From Candidatus Spongiisociaceae bacterium (GTDB lineage: Bacteria; Actinomycetota; Acidimicrobiia; Spongiisociales; Spongiisociaceae), in assembly GCA_965202665.1 (NCBI GenBank), contig OZ241841.1, positions 2,704,542 to 2,768,541 on the forward strand: DNA of 64,000 nucleotides, written 5' to 3'. The notes below the pieces were generated by a model, which searched no databases, was not told the DNA's origin, and saw nothing but the letters and a program-made list of their open reading frames with translations. The translations under genes and the position numbers were made by a program. Position 1 is the stretch's first letter. Every line of letters starts with the position of its first letter. Positions 40,136 to 49,540 of the stretch are shown one piece after another.

Positions 40136-41096
40136 CCCCGCCGTGCAGGGCGTCCACCAGATTCTGCAACACCCCTCCCATCCGGGGCGTCATCCCCAGA
40201 AACAACAGGTCGTCGTAAACTAGGAAGTTCCCCCGCCGTCCGGCCTCGGTTCCGGCTACGCCCGGCGTCGCCAGCAAACCCTCCATCCCCCCCATGGACT
40301 CTAGGCCGTCTTCGGTCAGAATCAACCAGTCGGGAGCGGCCGCCGCCAGTCCTTCGGCGGTCAGCAAGGTGAACTCGCCCACCCCGGAGGAGGCCCCGGC
40401 GTCGATTCCGCCCGCCGCGGCGATCAAGGCCTCCGAGGGCGACCCGCTTCCGAAGAGGAGCAACAGATCGCGGCCGCGGGAGTAGATGAAGGCCACCCGG
40501 GGCGGATCCGCCTCCGGGGGAATGGAGGCTTGGACGGCCTCCACCTCGGTCCGCATCCGTTGCGCCAGCTTCGCAGCCTCCTCCTCCGCCCCCAGCGCCT
40601 CCCCTACCATCTCCACGCGCCGGTAGGCCCCTTCCAGGGTGAAATCCGCGGGCAAGATCACCACCGGCGTTCCCGTTTCCCGCACCTGTTGCAAGGCGAA
40701 GGCCGGGCCCGCCTCGGCGCTGCCCAGCACCAGCGTCGGTTGCAAAGCGATGATGGCTTCCGCGTTCAGGGTGCGTTGATAGCCGATCTTGGCGACTTGT
40801 TGAGTCTCCGGCGGGTAGCGGGCGCTCAGGTCGTTGCCCACCACGAACCCCCCTCCGCCCAGGGCGTATACGATTTCGTTGATGTTTCCGTTGAGAACCA
40901 CCATGCGGCTGATGTCGGAGACGACGGATTCAACTCCGTCGGCGCCGGTGATGGTGCGGGACGCGGAGACAGCCGGCAGGTTCCCCGCCGGGGAGATAGC
41001 GGCCTCATCGCTCGGAGGGGCGGGGCCGGCGCAGGCGGAGAAGGCTAGGGCCCCGGCCAGCGCCGTCGCCAGCAGGCGCCCGGCGGGCGGGTTCAA
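40122..41096 (-). CDS. hmuT: Heme ABC substrate-binding lipoprotein
   Basis: Lipobox AFSAC; EIVYALG, IGYQRTLNAEAIIALQP (ShuT/HmuT-type Tyr motif), GMTPR; TTG start overlapping the upstream stop. Confidence 0.83.
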   Translation of the reverse strand: MNPPAGRLLATALAGALAFSACAGPAPPSDEAAISPAGNLPAVSASRTITGADGVESVVSDISRMVVLNGNINEIVYALGGGGFVVGNDLSARYPPETQQVAKIGYQRTLNAEAIIALQPTLVLGSAEAGPAFALQQVRETGTPVVILPADFTLEGAYRRVEMVGEALGAEEEAAKLAQRMRTEVEAVQASIPPEADPPRVAFIYSRGRDLLLLFGSGSPSEALIAAAGGIDAGASSGVGEFTLLTAEGLAAAAPDWLILTEDGLESMGGMEGLLATPGVAGTEAGRRGNFLVYDDLLFLGMTPRMGGVLQNLVDALHGGDDGG

Positions 41097-41641
41097 CCGG
41101 CTGGGCAGGACACCCGGGCGGAGGACATAAAAGTGCAAAATCTTTCCCGGGTTACGATCCACGCCCCGTCCACCCGCACCGCGTTTCCGGTCAGATCTGT
41201 ATAGACCGCCCGCTCTCCGAACATCACGTTGTAGGTTACCTCGGCTAGGTCCCCGTCGATTTCCACCGCGGTCGGGTCTAGGGAAATGCCCCCGAAGTTC
41301 TCGGCGGTCTCCGCATATTCTTCAATCACATCGCTTAGCTCTTCGGCGTCCTCCAGGTATGGGATTTTTTCTTCAAAGGGGATGCGGCTGTCGAATACGG
41401 TGCGGTAGGCCAGCAGCACCTCCGCTGACGCGTCTTCTGCTTCCGCGGTCGTCGTGTCAGCCTCGGCGGCGGCCGTTGTGGTTGTCACGGCGCTGGCCGC
41501 GGGGGCCTCGGTGGTGGTGGCCGCGATGGTTGTAGGGGCGGTTGCGGCAGGTTCCCCCGTCGGCTCCGAATCGGAGTTGCAGGCGGCGACGACCAGCGCC
41601 ATCATGGTCAGCACGGCCGCCGCTTTTCTAGATATTTCCAT
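41093..41641 (-). CDS. Lipoprotein with Thr/Ala-rich linker (low-molecular-weight antigen-like C-terminal domain)
   Basis: Lipobox VAAC; TTIAATTTEAPAASAVTTTT linker; C-terminal G.W.VTRERFC..C; AGGAG RBS. Confidence 0.75.
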   Translation of the reverse strand: MEISRKAAAVLTMMALVVAACNSDSEPTGEPAATAPTTIAATTTEAPAASAVTTTTAAAEADTTTAEAEDASAEVLLAYRTVFDSRIPFEEKIPYLEDAEELSDVIEEYAETAENFGGISLDPTAVEIDGDLAEVTYNVMFGERAVYTDLTGNAVRVDGAWIVTRERFCTFMSSARVSCPAG

Positions 41642-41694
41642 CGTTCTCCTCGATGTCGGACCCGGGATTCAAACTAACCATCCCGGGTTGAATA

Positions 41695-41736
41695 TTAGGT
41701 TAGCCTAACATTTTATATAAGGTATTACGAACCCAG
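41695..41736. promoter_or_regulatory. Tandem IdeR/DtxR boxes upstream of the heme operon
   Basis: TTAGGTTAGCCTAACATTT (17/19 to TWAGGTWAGSCTWACCTWA) plus TAAGGTATTACGAACCCAG (13/19) 23 bp away. Confidence 0.8.
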
Positions 41737-43083
41737 CCTTCGCCGTTGCGCAATTCCCCACCATGCCAGTCCGGCGGCTGCCGCCAGCCACAGCCCGTGC
41801 CGCATCCAAGTGGCGGGAATCTGATGCATGTAATCGGGCAAAGCCGCGCTCCACAGCCGGTAAAACGGATTAGCGGTCTGCGTGAAATCAACTATTAGAG
41901 CGCGGACGCCAAAGGTGGCTTCCGCCGCCAGCCACACGTATGCTAACACTCCCGCCGCCCCCGCCGCTGCCCACCCCGTTTTAGCCGCCCGGGGCAGGCC
42001 GTCCGCCCACTTCATTATCAACAGGGCCATTACCGGAACCACCGCCACCGTCTGCCGTCCCGGCCACCACCAGCCGTGCATGGTGGCGGCGAGGAAAGTA
42101 GCCGCCAGCCATCCCGTCCCCGCCGCGCCCAGCAGCAACCTCCGTCCCGGGAAACGGCCCGCAGCCGCCGCGGCCGCCGCCGGAATCACGGCTAGGAAGG
42201 CCGGTTGCCAAGCGGCTAGGCCGAAGCCCCGATCGATCAGGAGTCCCAGCAACCGAACCGACCTCCCCGGCCAGTTCGGCTCCGCTCCCCAGGCGGTAAG
42301 TTCGCCGCCCGTAAAAAAATCGCCGGCGGCGTACGGCGTCCACCCTCCGTAGATCGCCTGGTTGAAAATCAGATAGGCCGCCCCCATCACCGCCCAAAAC
42401 GCCCCCCAGCCGGCCACGGCCCCCGGACGGGTCCGCATCCTCCACAGCATCGCCCCGGCCAAAACGGCCGCTAACGGAACGTATTTGACGGCCAACCAGG
42501 GCAACGCGACAACCGCGGCCGCGGTGACCGCCCGCGACCGTCGGTCATCGGCGCCGGTCAAACAGGCGACGGAGACCACCGTAAGCAGGGCGGCCGCCAT
42601 CTCCGGATAAATCTGGGTGCCGTAGAAGGCCATGGGCGGGGAAGCGGCCATCAGCAACGCCCCCGTTTCCGCCGTGCGGCGGGAAACGCCGAACCGGCGC
42701 ACCGCCGTCCAAGCGGTAACCGCCGCCGTCGCCCCCGCTAAAACGGCCAGGGCCGCTTTAGCCGCCGCCCATCCGCCGAAGGCGGTGGGGAAGGCGAGAT
42801 AGGCGGGCAAGAGCGGATTATGGGGGCTAAGGCGGGAACCGTCCTCCCGCAACGCGGTCTGCGTCGGCAAAGCGGCCTCGTGAAACTCCCGATACGACCC
42901 CGAGGAACGCTGGTTGGCGATATCCAAGTCGCCGTCTTGGGCGATGGAGAGGGCGGTCAGCAGGTACTGCGGCTCGTCGGCGGAAGTGCGGGCCCCGTAG
43001 GTGGCCCGGGCCCCTATCCCCGCCGCCGCTAGGAGCAGGGCCGCCAATCCCACCCGCGCCGCCCGCCAACCGTCCCCGCTCAC
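41725..43083 (-). CDS. GT-C superfamily polytopic glycosyltransferase (ArnT/PMT-like)
   Basis: ADEPQY acidic motif after TM1, SPHNP, QIYPE, LPWL.VKY, many TMs; GTGA overlap with the Fe permease stop. Confidence 0.72.
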   Translation of the reverse strand: MSGDGWRAARVGLAALLLAAAGIGARATYGARTSADEPQYLLTALSIAQDGDLDIANQRSSGSYREFHEAALPTQTALREDGSRLSPHNPLLPAYLAFPTAFGGWAAAKAALAVLAGATAAVTAWTAVRRFGVSRRTAETGALLMAASPPMAFYGTQIYPEMAAALLTVVSVACLTGADDRRSRAVTAAAVVALPWLAVKYVPLAAVLAGAMLWRMRTRPGAVAGWGAFWAVMGAAYLIFNQAIYGGWTPYAAGDFFTGGELTAWGAEPNWPGRSVRLLGLLIDRGFGLAAWQPAFLAVIPAAAAAAAGRFPGRRLLLGAAGTGWLAATFLAATMHGWWWPGRQTVAVVPVMALLIMKWADGLPRAAKTGWAAAGAAGVLAYVWLAAEATFGVRALIVDFTQTANPFYRLWSAALPDYMHQIPATWMRHGLWLAAAAGLAWWGIAQRRRLGS

Positions 43084-44690
43084 GTCGGGGGACGGCGCAG
43101 TACCAGAAGCCATGTCAGAACCCACGACAATCCGATCAACGACAGGGAAGCCACTCCCACCTCGGCGAAAAATCCGTCTTGGGCCGCCCCCCAGATGAGA
43201 GTGGACAAGGTTTGGAAGCCGATGGGGGCCAACAGCAATGTGGCGGGAAGTTCCTTCAGGGTGGAAAGCATCACCAACCCCGCCCCGGAAATCAGGCCGG
43301 GGGCGATAAGGGGGAGATTCACCGTCCAGAACCGCCGGTTGCGTCCCGCCCCCAAAGTTTGGGCGGCTTCCGGGAGCGCGGGCGGCAAGTCGCGGACCGC
43401 GTTGCGGGAGGCCCCCATGGACTGCGCCCCGAAGTTCAGCACGTAGGCCAAGATCAGGAGGGGGAAGGTCTGATAGAGGCCGGACAGGGCGGAGGGGGCC
43501 CGGATGGCCCAAAACACCACCGCTAAGGCAACCACCAGCCCCGGCAAGGCGAAGACTGAAGATACGGCGGCGGCCGCCGCCGCGGGCAGAAACCCCCGCC
43601 CCCGAGCGGCCGCGAAAGCCACCGGCAAGGTGATCGCCGCCGCCGCGGCCGCGGCGGTAGCGGCGGCGACGGCGGAATTCAGCAACGGGCTGACGAGAAA
43701 ATCGAGGCTGTCCCCCCAGCCGGAATATCCCAGCCCCACCGTGGCGGAGCCCCGCGCCGTCCACACCGCGAACACCGTCACCGGGGCCGCGAAGCCGGCG
43801 GCGGTAACCGCCCCGACGGCTGCCCCGGTCGGCCATCTCCACCCCCCCAGCCGGTAGCGGATCTGGCGGGCCCCGGAGCGGGAAACGGGTTGAACGGAAC
43901 GGGAAATGGCCCATTCGCCGCCCGCCGCCCCCAGAGCCAGCACCGCCAAGATCAGGCCCAGCGTGAGGGAAGCGGCCTGGTCCAACAACCGGGCTGAGAA
44001 GATGGCCCGGGTGATGGTGTCGTAGCGCATCAGGGAAACCGCCCCGAAGTCGCTCAGCGCGTACAGGAAAACCAGCAGCATCCCGCTGCGGACGGCGCCC
44101 CGCGCCTGCGGGTAGGCCACCCGGCGCAACATCCGCCCGAAGCCCCGGTCCAGCACCCGGGCCGCCTCCTCCAGTTCCGGGGCGGTGTTGCGCAACCGCG
44201 CCGCGGTCGGGAGGTAGACATAGGGGTAGCTGAGCAGAACCAGCACCGCAAACGCCCCCCAAAAGCCCTCCGGCCGGGGGACGAAGGGGACGAGGGCCCC
44301 CGGTCCGAAGGCCGACAGCAAGGCCGTGGCCCCAACAAACGACGGAATGACCAGGGGCAAAGGCAACACCATCTTCCACAACCTCCGGCCCGGAACGTCG
44401 GTGCGCACCACCAGCCAGGCCAAAACCCCGCCCAAGGCCCCGCACGCTGCGGCGACGGCGGCGGACAAAAAAAGCGACCGCGACAAAGGGCCCCACACCG
44501 CCCAGCCGGACAGCGCCGCCGCCGCATCGCCCCCCCGGCTGGCCACCCCCCATATCAGGTAACCCAGCGGGAATAGGAAAAAAGCGGCTACCACTCCGGC
44601 CAAGGCGAGAGTGGGCCTTCCGGCTGCCGGCCCGGGTGAGACTTTTAACCCGCCGGTTTGGTCAGAAGCCCTCCAGTCCGCTTTCATCAA
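43080..44690 (-). CDS. Fe3+ ABC transporter permease (FbpB/FutB-like)
   Basis: RTDVPGRR..LPLVIPSFVGA, YPYVYL, LEEAAR, LSDFGAVS, LPEAAQTLGA, KELPATLLL.P.GFQTL; start may be slightly downstream. Confidence 0.9.
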   Translation of the reverse strand: MMKADWRASDQTGGLKVSPGPAAGRPTLALAGVVAAFFLFPLGYLIWGVASRGGDAAAALSGWAVWGPLSRSLFLSAAVAAACGALGGVLAWLVVRTDVPGRRLWKMVLPLPLVIPSFVGATALLSAFGPGALVPFVPRPEGFWGAFAVLVLLSYPYVYLPTAARLRNTAPELEEAARVLDRGFGRMLRRVAYPQARGAVRSGMLLVFLYALSDFGAVSLMRYDTITRAIFSARLLDQAASLTLGLILAVLALGAAGGEWAISRSVQPVSRSGARQIRYRLGGWRWPTGAAVGAVTAAGFAAPVTVFAVWTARGSATVGLGYSGWGDSLDFLVSPLLNSAVAAATAAAAAAAITLPVAFAAARGRGFLPAAAAAAVSSVFALPGLVVALAVVFWAIRAPSALSGLYQTFPLLILAYVLNFGAQSMGASRNAVRDLPPALPEAAQTLGAGRNRRFWTVNLPLIAPGLISGAGLVMLSTLKELPATLLLAPIGFQTLSTLIWGAAQDGFFAEVGVASLSLIGLSWVLTWLLVLRRPPT

Positions 44691-45672
44691 TCAGTTCCTT
44701 GGTTCTTTCCAGGCCGCCGCCCAAACGGTCGAAGTCGTAGGAGGTTATGTTAATCTCCGACAATGCGGGCAGAACGGAAGCCGGCCGAACCCCGGCCGCC
44801 AGCGGGTATTCAAAAGTCTGCCGGCTGAAAAACTCCTGGGCGGAGCGGCCCAGCATGAACCGCACCAGTTCCTCGGCCCGTTCCGGTTCGTCGGAGGAGT
44901 CGAGTATCCCGATGGCGGTGATGATCAGCAACGACCCGATGTCGCCCGCGGCGAAAAAGTGGTTCTCGGAGGAAACATCGGGGTTTTCGGCCCTGGCCCG
45001 GTAGTTGTAATAATGGTTGACCAGCCCCATCGGAACCTCCCCCCGTCCCACGGCTTGCACGATGGAGGTGTTGTTGGGGTAGGTTCGGGCGTCGTTGTCC
45101 GCCATCCCCCGCAACCAGTCCAACGCGGCCCGGTCGCCGTGGGCCTCCCGCATGGCGGTTGTGAAATCTTGGAAGGAGCCGTTGGGGGGGGCTACCGCCA
45201 CCCGTCCCCGATACTCCTCCCCGGTGAGGTCGAAGACCGATGAGGGCAACTCGGCCGGGTCCACCAGGTCGGAGTTGTAAACCAGGGTGCGCACCCTCCC
45301 CGACATCCCCACCCATTGCCCGGCCCCGTTGCGGAAGAGCGGATCCACCAGTTCCAAAATCCGCGAATTCAGGGGACGCAACCTGCCCTCCCCGGCCAGA
45401 AAACCCACCGCTCCCGGACTTTGGGAGATGAACACGTCCGCCGGGCTTTGCCCCCCTTCGGTTTCAATAAGCAACGCCAGGTCGGCCGACTGCCCGTAGC
45501 GGACTTCGATGTCGATATTGCCGGCTTCCGCGAACTCCCGCAACAAAGGTTCGATGAGGTTGGAGGTGCGTCCCGAGTAGACGGTGATCGCATCTCCGCC
45601 CCCCGAACAGGCGGCCCCCGCCGCTAGCAGGGCGGCCAGCAACGACAGGCAGACGGTTCGGCGAAGGTTCAT
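44662..45672 (-). CDS. Fe3+ ABC substrate-binding lipoprotein (FbpA/FutA-like)
   Basis: Lipobox GAAC; TVYSGR, EGGQSPADVF, GRVRTLVYN, NGSFQDF, LVNHYY iron-ligand motif, EYPL; ATGA overlap with the epimerase stop. Confidence 0.9.
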   Translation of the reverse strand: MNLRRTVCLSLLAALLAAGAACSGGGDAITVYSGRTSNLIEPLLREFAEAGNIDIEVRYGQSADLALLIETEGGQSPADVFISQSPGAVGFLAGEGRLRPLNSRILELVDPLFRNGAGQWVGMSGRVRTLVYNSDLVDPAELPSSVFDLTGEEYRGRVAVAPPNGSFQDFTTAMREAHGDRAALDWLRGMADNDARTYPNNTSIVQAVGRGEVPMGLVNHYYNYRARAENPDVSSENHFFAAGDIGSLLIITAIGILDSSDEPERAEELVRFMLGRSAQEFFSRQTFEYPLAAGVRPASVLPALSEINITSYDFDRLGGGLERTKELIDESGLEGF

Positions 45673-46577
45673 ACCGCCGTCCGCCAGCGAAGGAGCACCG
45701 CGGCTTGCCGCCGCGCCGCCGCCTCCAAATCGGTGGTCAAATCCGCGCCCAGCGTCCGGGCGGCGCGGGCGGTGTCGGCCAGGGTGTGGACGGCCTCTTC
45801 GGGGGGGGCGGGTTCTACGATCACCGGAGAGTCCGCCCCTAGGGCGGAAAACACCGCTTCTGTCATTTCCCGCAGGGTGCGGCCCCGGCCGCCGCCAAGG
45901 TTGAATACGCCGGTTTCCCCGGTTTGGGCGATGCGCGTCAAAGCGGCGGCAACCAGCCGCACGTCGGTCACATCCCGGGTGCGTTCCAAAGAACCGAACA
46001 CCCGCAGCGGCCGGCCGCTCCGCACCGCCTCCATCCACAGGGAAAGGGCCATGTCGGGCCGTTGCCCCTCCCCGATTACGGTAAACGGGCGGGCGATGGC
46101 GACCGGCCGTCCCGACCTGAGGAACAGCTGCTCCATTTCCAGTTTGCGCCGGGCGTACTCCCCGGCCGGCGCCGGCCGGTCCCCTTCCCGGCAAGCGATC
46201 ACCCGCCCCCCCTCCGTTTTGGCGCCCCCGTACACCGAGGAGGAGGAAACGGCCACCAGCCGCCGGTGCGGGGGGGAGGCCGCTATCACCATCCGGGCGG
46301 CTTCTATGATGTTGCGCCGCCGCCGCCGGGCGATGTCCGGCGCCCGGTTGCGAATGCCGACCTCCCCGGCCAGGTGAAAGACCACCTCCGCCCAGCCGGT
46401 CCACTTCCGGAGTTCGGGCAGGCATTTCGCCTCCGCCAGGTCCATGGGGACGAAGCGGGCCGGATCCCCGGGACGGGGACGCCGATCCACCCCCGTCACC
46501 TCGGCCCCCGCGCAAAGCAGTTCATCCACCAGGCAGGAGCCGATGAACCCGGAGGAGCCGGTCACCAAGGCTTTCAT
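45669..46577 (-). CDS. NAD-dependent nucleotide-sugar epimerase/dehydratase (UDP-glucuronate 4-epimerase-like)
   Basis: LVTGSSGFIG, FHLAG..GIR, SSSSVYG, YARRK (YxxxK), FTVIGEGQRPDMA, RDVT. Confidence 0.82.
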   Translation of the reverse strand: MKALVTGSSGFIGSCLVDELLCAGAEVTGVDRRPRPGDPARFVPMDLAEAKCLPELRKWTGWAEVVFHLAGEVGIRNRAPDIARRRRRNIIEAARMVIAASPPHRRLVAVSSSSVYGGAKTEGGRVIACREGDRPAPAGEYARRKLEMEQLFLRSGRPVAIARPFTVIGEGQRPDMALSLWMEAVRSGRPLRVFGSLERTRDVTDVRLVAAALTRIAQTGETGVFNLGGGRGRTLREMTEAVFSALGADSPVIVEPAPPEEAVHTLADTARAARTLGADLTTDLEAAARRQAAVLLRWRTAV

Positions 46578-46609
46578 GAGCGCCAGCGTAGCCCCCCGGA
46601 CAATGCTTG

Positions 46610-46651
46610 TAAAGTTGACCTAAGGATGAGTGTTTGGCAAACCTTACGAAA
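46610..46651. promoter_or_regulatory. Degenerate tandem IdeR/DtxR-like boxes at the divergent epimerase / flippase-GT2 junction
   Basis: TAAAGTTGACCTAAGGATG (12/19) and TTTGGCAAACCTTACGAAA (14/19), 23 bp apart; aligns with the efeO promoter pair. Confidence 0.5.
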
Positions 46652-48389
46652 CCCCGGTAAGGGTTCTAAAGTATCCCGGACTGTCTGGGTTTTGCTGTCG
46701 CTGGCGGCTACCGCGGCCGCGGCGTGGGCGGTGGGGGCGACGGCGGACTGGGCCGCCCTGGGGGCGGCCTTCCGCAATCTGGCCCGGGACCCGCGGTGGT
46801 TGACGTTGGGGATGATCCTGTTCGGGGCGGCTTTTCTCATCCGCTCGGTGACTTGGAGGCGAATGGCCCCCGGGTTGTCCCTGGGCCACGCCTGGGCGGC
46901 CATCCACGTCGCCCTGCTGGGGAACCATCTGCTCCCTTTCCGTCTGGGGGAGCCGTTGCGTCCCCTGTCCGTCCGCCGCCGGGCCGGACTCCCGCTGGGA
47001 GCGGCCGTTTCCAGCACATTGACCTTGCGTTCCGCCGATTTGCTGGCCCTCCTCGGTTTGGCCTGGTTGACGGGGGCCGCCAACTTGCCCGCCTTCCGGT
47101 CGGCTACGGGATGGGCGACGGCGGCGGCCGCGACTGCGGCGGCCCTGGCGGCCGGGGTTTTCTGGTCCCGCCGCTGGCGGTCCGGGGGGCGGTTGCGGCG
47201 GCCCGACCTATGGACCTTTCTGGGAGCGGCCCTGGCCTGGGCGGCGGAGGCGGGGTTGGTTTACGCGGCGGCCCGGGCGGCCGGCGTTTCCCTCACCTTG
47301 TCGGGCGCCATGCTGGTCACCGCCGTTTCGGTAGCGGCCCAGATCGCGGCCCTCACCCCCGGCGGCTTCGGCGTCTACGAGGCGGGGGCGGTCGCCGCCT
47401 ACGTCTATCTGGGCGTAGACCCGGCGGCCGGCCTCACCGCCGCCCTAGTGGCACATTCGCTGAAAACCGCTTATTCCGTCGCGGCGGGGGCGGTCGCCTT
47501 GGCCGTCCCCCCTCCCCCGCTGGCCGGACGGTGGCGTCTGCCCCGCCGGCTCCCCCGCCCCGCATCGCCTCCCGTCCCGGACGGGCCGGTGGTTCTGTTC
47601 ATGCCCGCCTACAACGAGGAGCAAACGGTGGGTGAGGCGGCGGGCCGGGTTCCCGAAGCGGCGGCCGGTCGGCCGGTCATATCGGCGGTGGTGGACGACG
47701 GCTCCCTCGACCGCACCGCCGAGCGGGCGGCGGCCGCCGGAGCGCGGGTGGTTTCCCTCCCCGGCAATCTCGGTTTGGGGGCGGCGGTGCGGGCCGGTTT
47801 GGCCTATGCGGTGCAAGAGGGGGCGGCGGCGGTGGCGTTTTGCGACGCCGACGGGGAATACGACCCTAGGGAATTGGAGCGGCTGGCGGCCCCCATCCTG
47901 GCCGGAGAGGCCGACTACGTGGTCGGGTCCCGCTTCCGGGGGGATATCCGTTTCATGTTGCGCCGCCGCCGGGCGGGCAATCGCCTCCTCAGCCTGGCCC
48001 TGTCGGCGGCGGCCCGCCGTCGCATCACCGACGGGCAGAGCGGGTACCGGGCGCTAAGCCGGGAGGCGGCAGCCCGGGCCGGGATCATCCACGACTACAA
48101 CTACGCCCAGGTCCTGACCTTGAACCTGTTAGGGCAGGGGTTTCGCTACCGGGAGGTCCCCATTTCCTACAGCTTCCGCACCGCCGGGACCTCCTTCGTG
48201 CGTTTGTTCCCCTACCTGCGACGGGTGATCCCGGCCGTCTACCGCGAACTGAACCGCCCCTCCCGTCAGGCGAACAACCCGTCTCCCAGGAAGCGGCTTT
48301 CGTCGGGGACGCCGGGCAAGGCGAAGAAAAAACCTCCCCCTTCGGGCAGCACGTATTCCTCCAGCGGCTCCCCCGACAGCCGGTTCTGA
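46626..48389 (+). CDS. Fusion: LPG-synthase-TM (flippase-like) domain + GT2 polyprenol-phosphate glycosyltransferase
   Basis: GNHLLPFRLGE and TPGGFGVYE flippase motifs; MPAYNEE, VVDDGSLDRT, NLGLGAA, DADGEY, VVGSRF, TDGQSGYRA (DPM1-like); the tail overlaps efeB convergently. Confidence 0.85.
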   Translation: MSVWQTLRNPGKGSKVSRTVWVLLSLAATAAAAWAVGATADWAALGAAFRNLARDPRWLTLGMILFGAAFLIRSVTWRRMAPGLSLGHAWAAIHVALLGNHLLPFRLGEPLRPLSVRRRAGLPLGAAVSSTLTLRSADLLALLGLAWLTGAANLPAFRSATGWATAAAATAAALAAGVFWSRRWRSGGRLRRPDLWTFLGAALAWAAEAGLVYAAARAAGVSLTLSGAMLVTAVSVAAQIAALTPGGFGVYEAGAVAAYVYLGVDPAAGLTAALVAHSLKTAYSVAAGAVALAVPPPPLAGRWRLPRRLPRPASPPVPDGPVVLFMPAYNEEQTVGEAAGRVPEAAAGRPVISAVVDDGSLDRTAERAAAAGARVVSLPGNLGLGAAVRAGLAYAVQEGAAAVAFCDADGEYDPRELERLAAPILAGEADYVVGSRFRGDIRFMLRRRRAGNRLLSLALSAAARRRITDGQSGYRALSREAAARAGIIHDYNYAQVLTLNLLGQGFRYREVPISYSFRTAGTSFVRLFPYLRRVIPAVYRELNRPSRQANNPSPRKRLSSGTPGKAKKKPPPSGSTYSSSGSPDSRF

Positions 48390-49534
48390 ACCGCTAAGAA
48401 GCCTTTGCCCATACTGCGCTGATAGGAGACGAAGGCCAAACCCATGTCCAGCCGCCCGGCGGCGTCGAAGCCCCGGGTGTAGGAAAATCCGCGGCGGAAG
48501 ATCAGGTTCTCCTCGCTGGCCGGAGTGCGGGGGTTGGCCAGCCGGATGTGGGCGTCCAAAGGCGTCCGAATCCCGTCCGGGTCGTCGGAGAAGTCGGGAA
48601 CGTCGGTTTCCTCCCGCATCCCCAGCGGGGCCCCGGTGTCCTTAGTACGGCCTATGATCGCCTCCTGTTCGGCCAAAGGGGTGCGGTCCCAGAACTCTAC
48701 GAACATGCGGATCACCCGCACCGCTTGATAAGTCCCCCCCGTAGCCCAGGCCGGCTGGAGGTCCTCCGGCTGCACCCACACGTAGCGATCCATCATCGCC
48801 CGGTCCCGGGAGTCCAGGTTGGCTGTTCCGTCTTTGAATCCCAGCAGGTTGCGGGGGGCGCCGGCCCCGGCCTGTTTGGCCCCCGCCCCCCGGGTGTAGC
48901 CTTCTATCAGCCAATGCAAAACCAGGTCGCGGCGGCGGCGGCGCATCAGCTGGCGGAGGGCGAATTGCAGGGTGTCGGGGTGGCCGGCGTCGATGTTGAA
49001 CAGCACATCCCCGTGGGTTCGTTGCGGATCCAGCCGGTCGTTGGCTAAAAAGGGCATGGCCTCCAGCTCGCCGGGACGGCGGTCGGCCAAACCGTACCGG
49101 TCGTCGAACAGCGACGCCCCCACGCTCATCACCACGCTCAAGTCATCCGGGGAAGGCTGCGCTCCCAGCAGGCCGGAGTCCGTGGGGGGAAAGGCCTCGT
49201 CCCGGATGGTAGGGGGACGTCCGGACATCAATCCCTGTATCTCATCGGTGATTTCCCGGAAGGTTTCCTCCAGGGCCGCCCTGTCGGGCGACAACACTTT
49301 GAAGGCGGCCATCATCCCCAGGGTGGGAACGGCGGGCGGGGCGATCCCGGCCTGATGCTCCCCGTAGAATTCGACGAACCGAGGAGCGGCCTCCTCCGCC
49401 CCGGGCCCCTCGTTTCCCCCGCAGGCGGCTAGCAGGGACGCGCCCCCCAGCAGGGCCGCTCCGCCCGCCGCGCCCGCCTTCAGAAACTCCCGTCGGGAAA
49501 AACCGGCGCCACCGGAATGAAAATCCGGTTTCAT
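48266..49534 (-). CDS. efeB: Tat-exported Dyp-type peroxidase / deferrochelatase
   Basis: SRREFLK Tat signal, FYGEHQAGI, RNLLGFKDGTAN, FWDRTPL.EQE..IGR, AHIRLANPR, RRGFSY, LEEY..GGGFFF. Confidence 0.92.
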   Translation of the reverse strand: MKPDFHSGGAGFSRREFLKAGAAGGAALLGGASLLAACGGNEGPGAEEAAPRFVEFYGEHQAGIAPPAVPTLGMMAAFKVLSPDRAALEETFREITDEIQGLMSGRPPTIRDEAFPPTDSGLLGAQPSPDDLSVVMSVGASLFDDRYGLADRRPGELEAMPFLANDRLDPQRTHGDVLFNIDAGHPDTLQFALRQLMRRRRRDLVLHWLIEGYTRGAGAKQAGAGAPRNLLGFKDGTANLDSRDRAMMDRYVWVQPEDLQPAWATGGTYQAVRVIRMFVEFWDRTPLAEQEAIIGRTKDTGAPLGMREETDVPDFSDDPDGIRTPLDAHIRLANPRTPASEENLIFRRGFSYTRGFDAAGRLDMGLAFVSYQRSMGKGFLAVQNRLSGEPLEEYVLPEGGGFFFALPGVPDESRFLGDGLFA

Positions 49535-49540
49535 CAGGGC

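Noticed and set aside
41725-46515. Apparent 942-aa and 617-aa fusion ORFs; also the 536-aa, 821-aa and 2333-aa ORF-track lengths elsewhere
   Set aside because: The N-terminal extensions are off-frame or antisense read-through over neighbouring genes; better starts are at 43083, 45672, 39074, 46626 and ~22041
48266-48389. 124-bp convergent overlap between the flippase-GT2 gene and efeB as an antisense control device
   Set aside because: The overlapping tail looks like simple stop-codon read-through; nothing in the sequence supports a function
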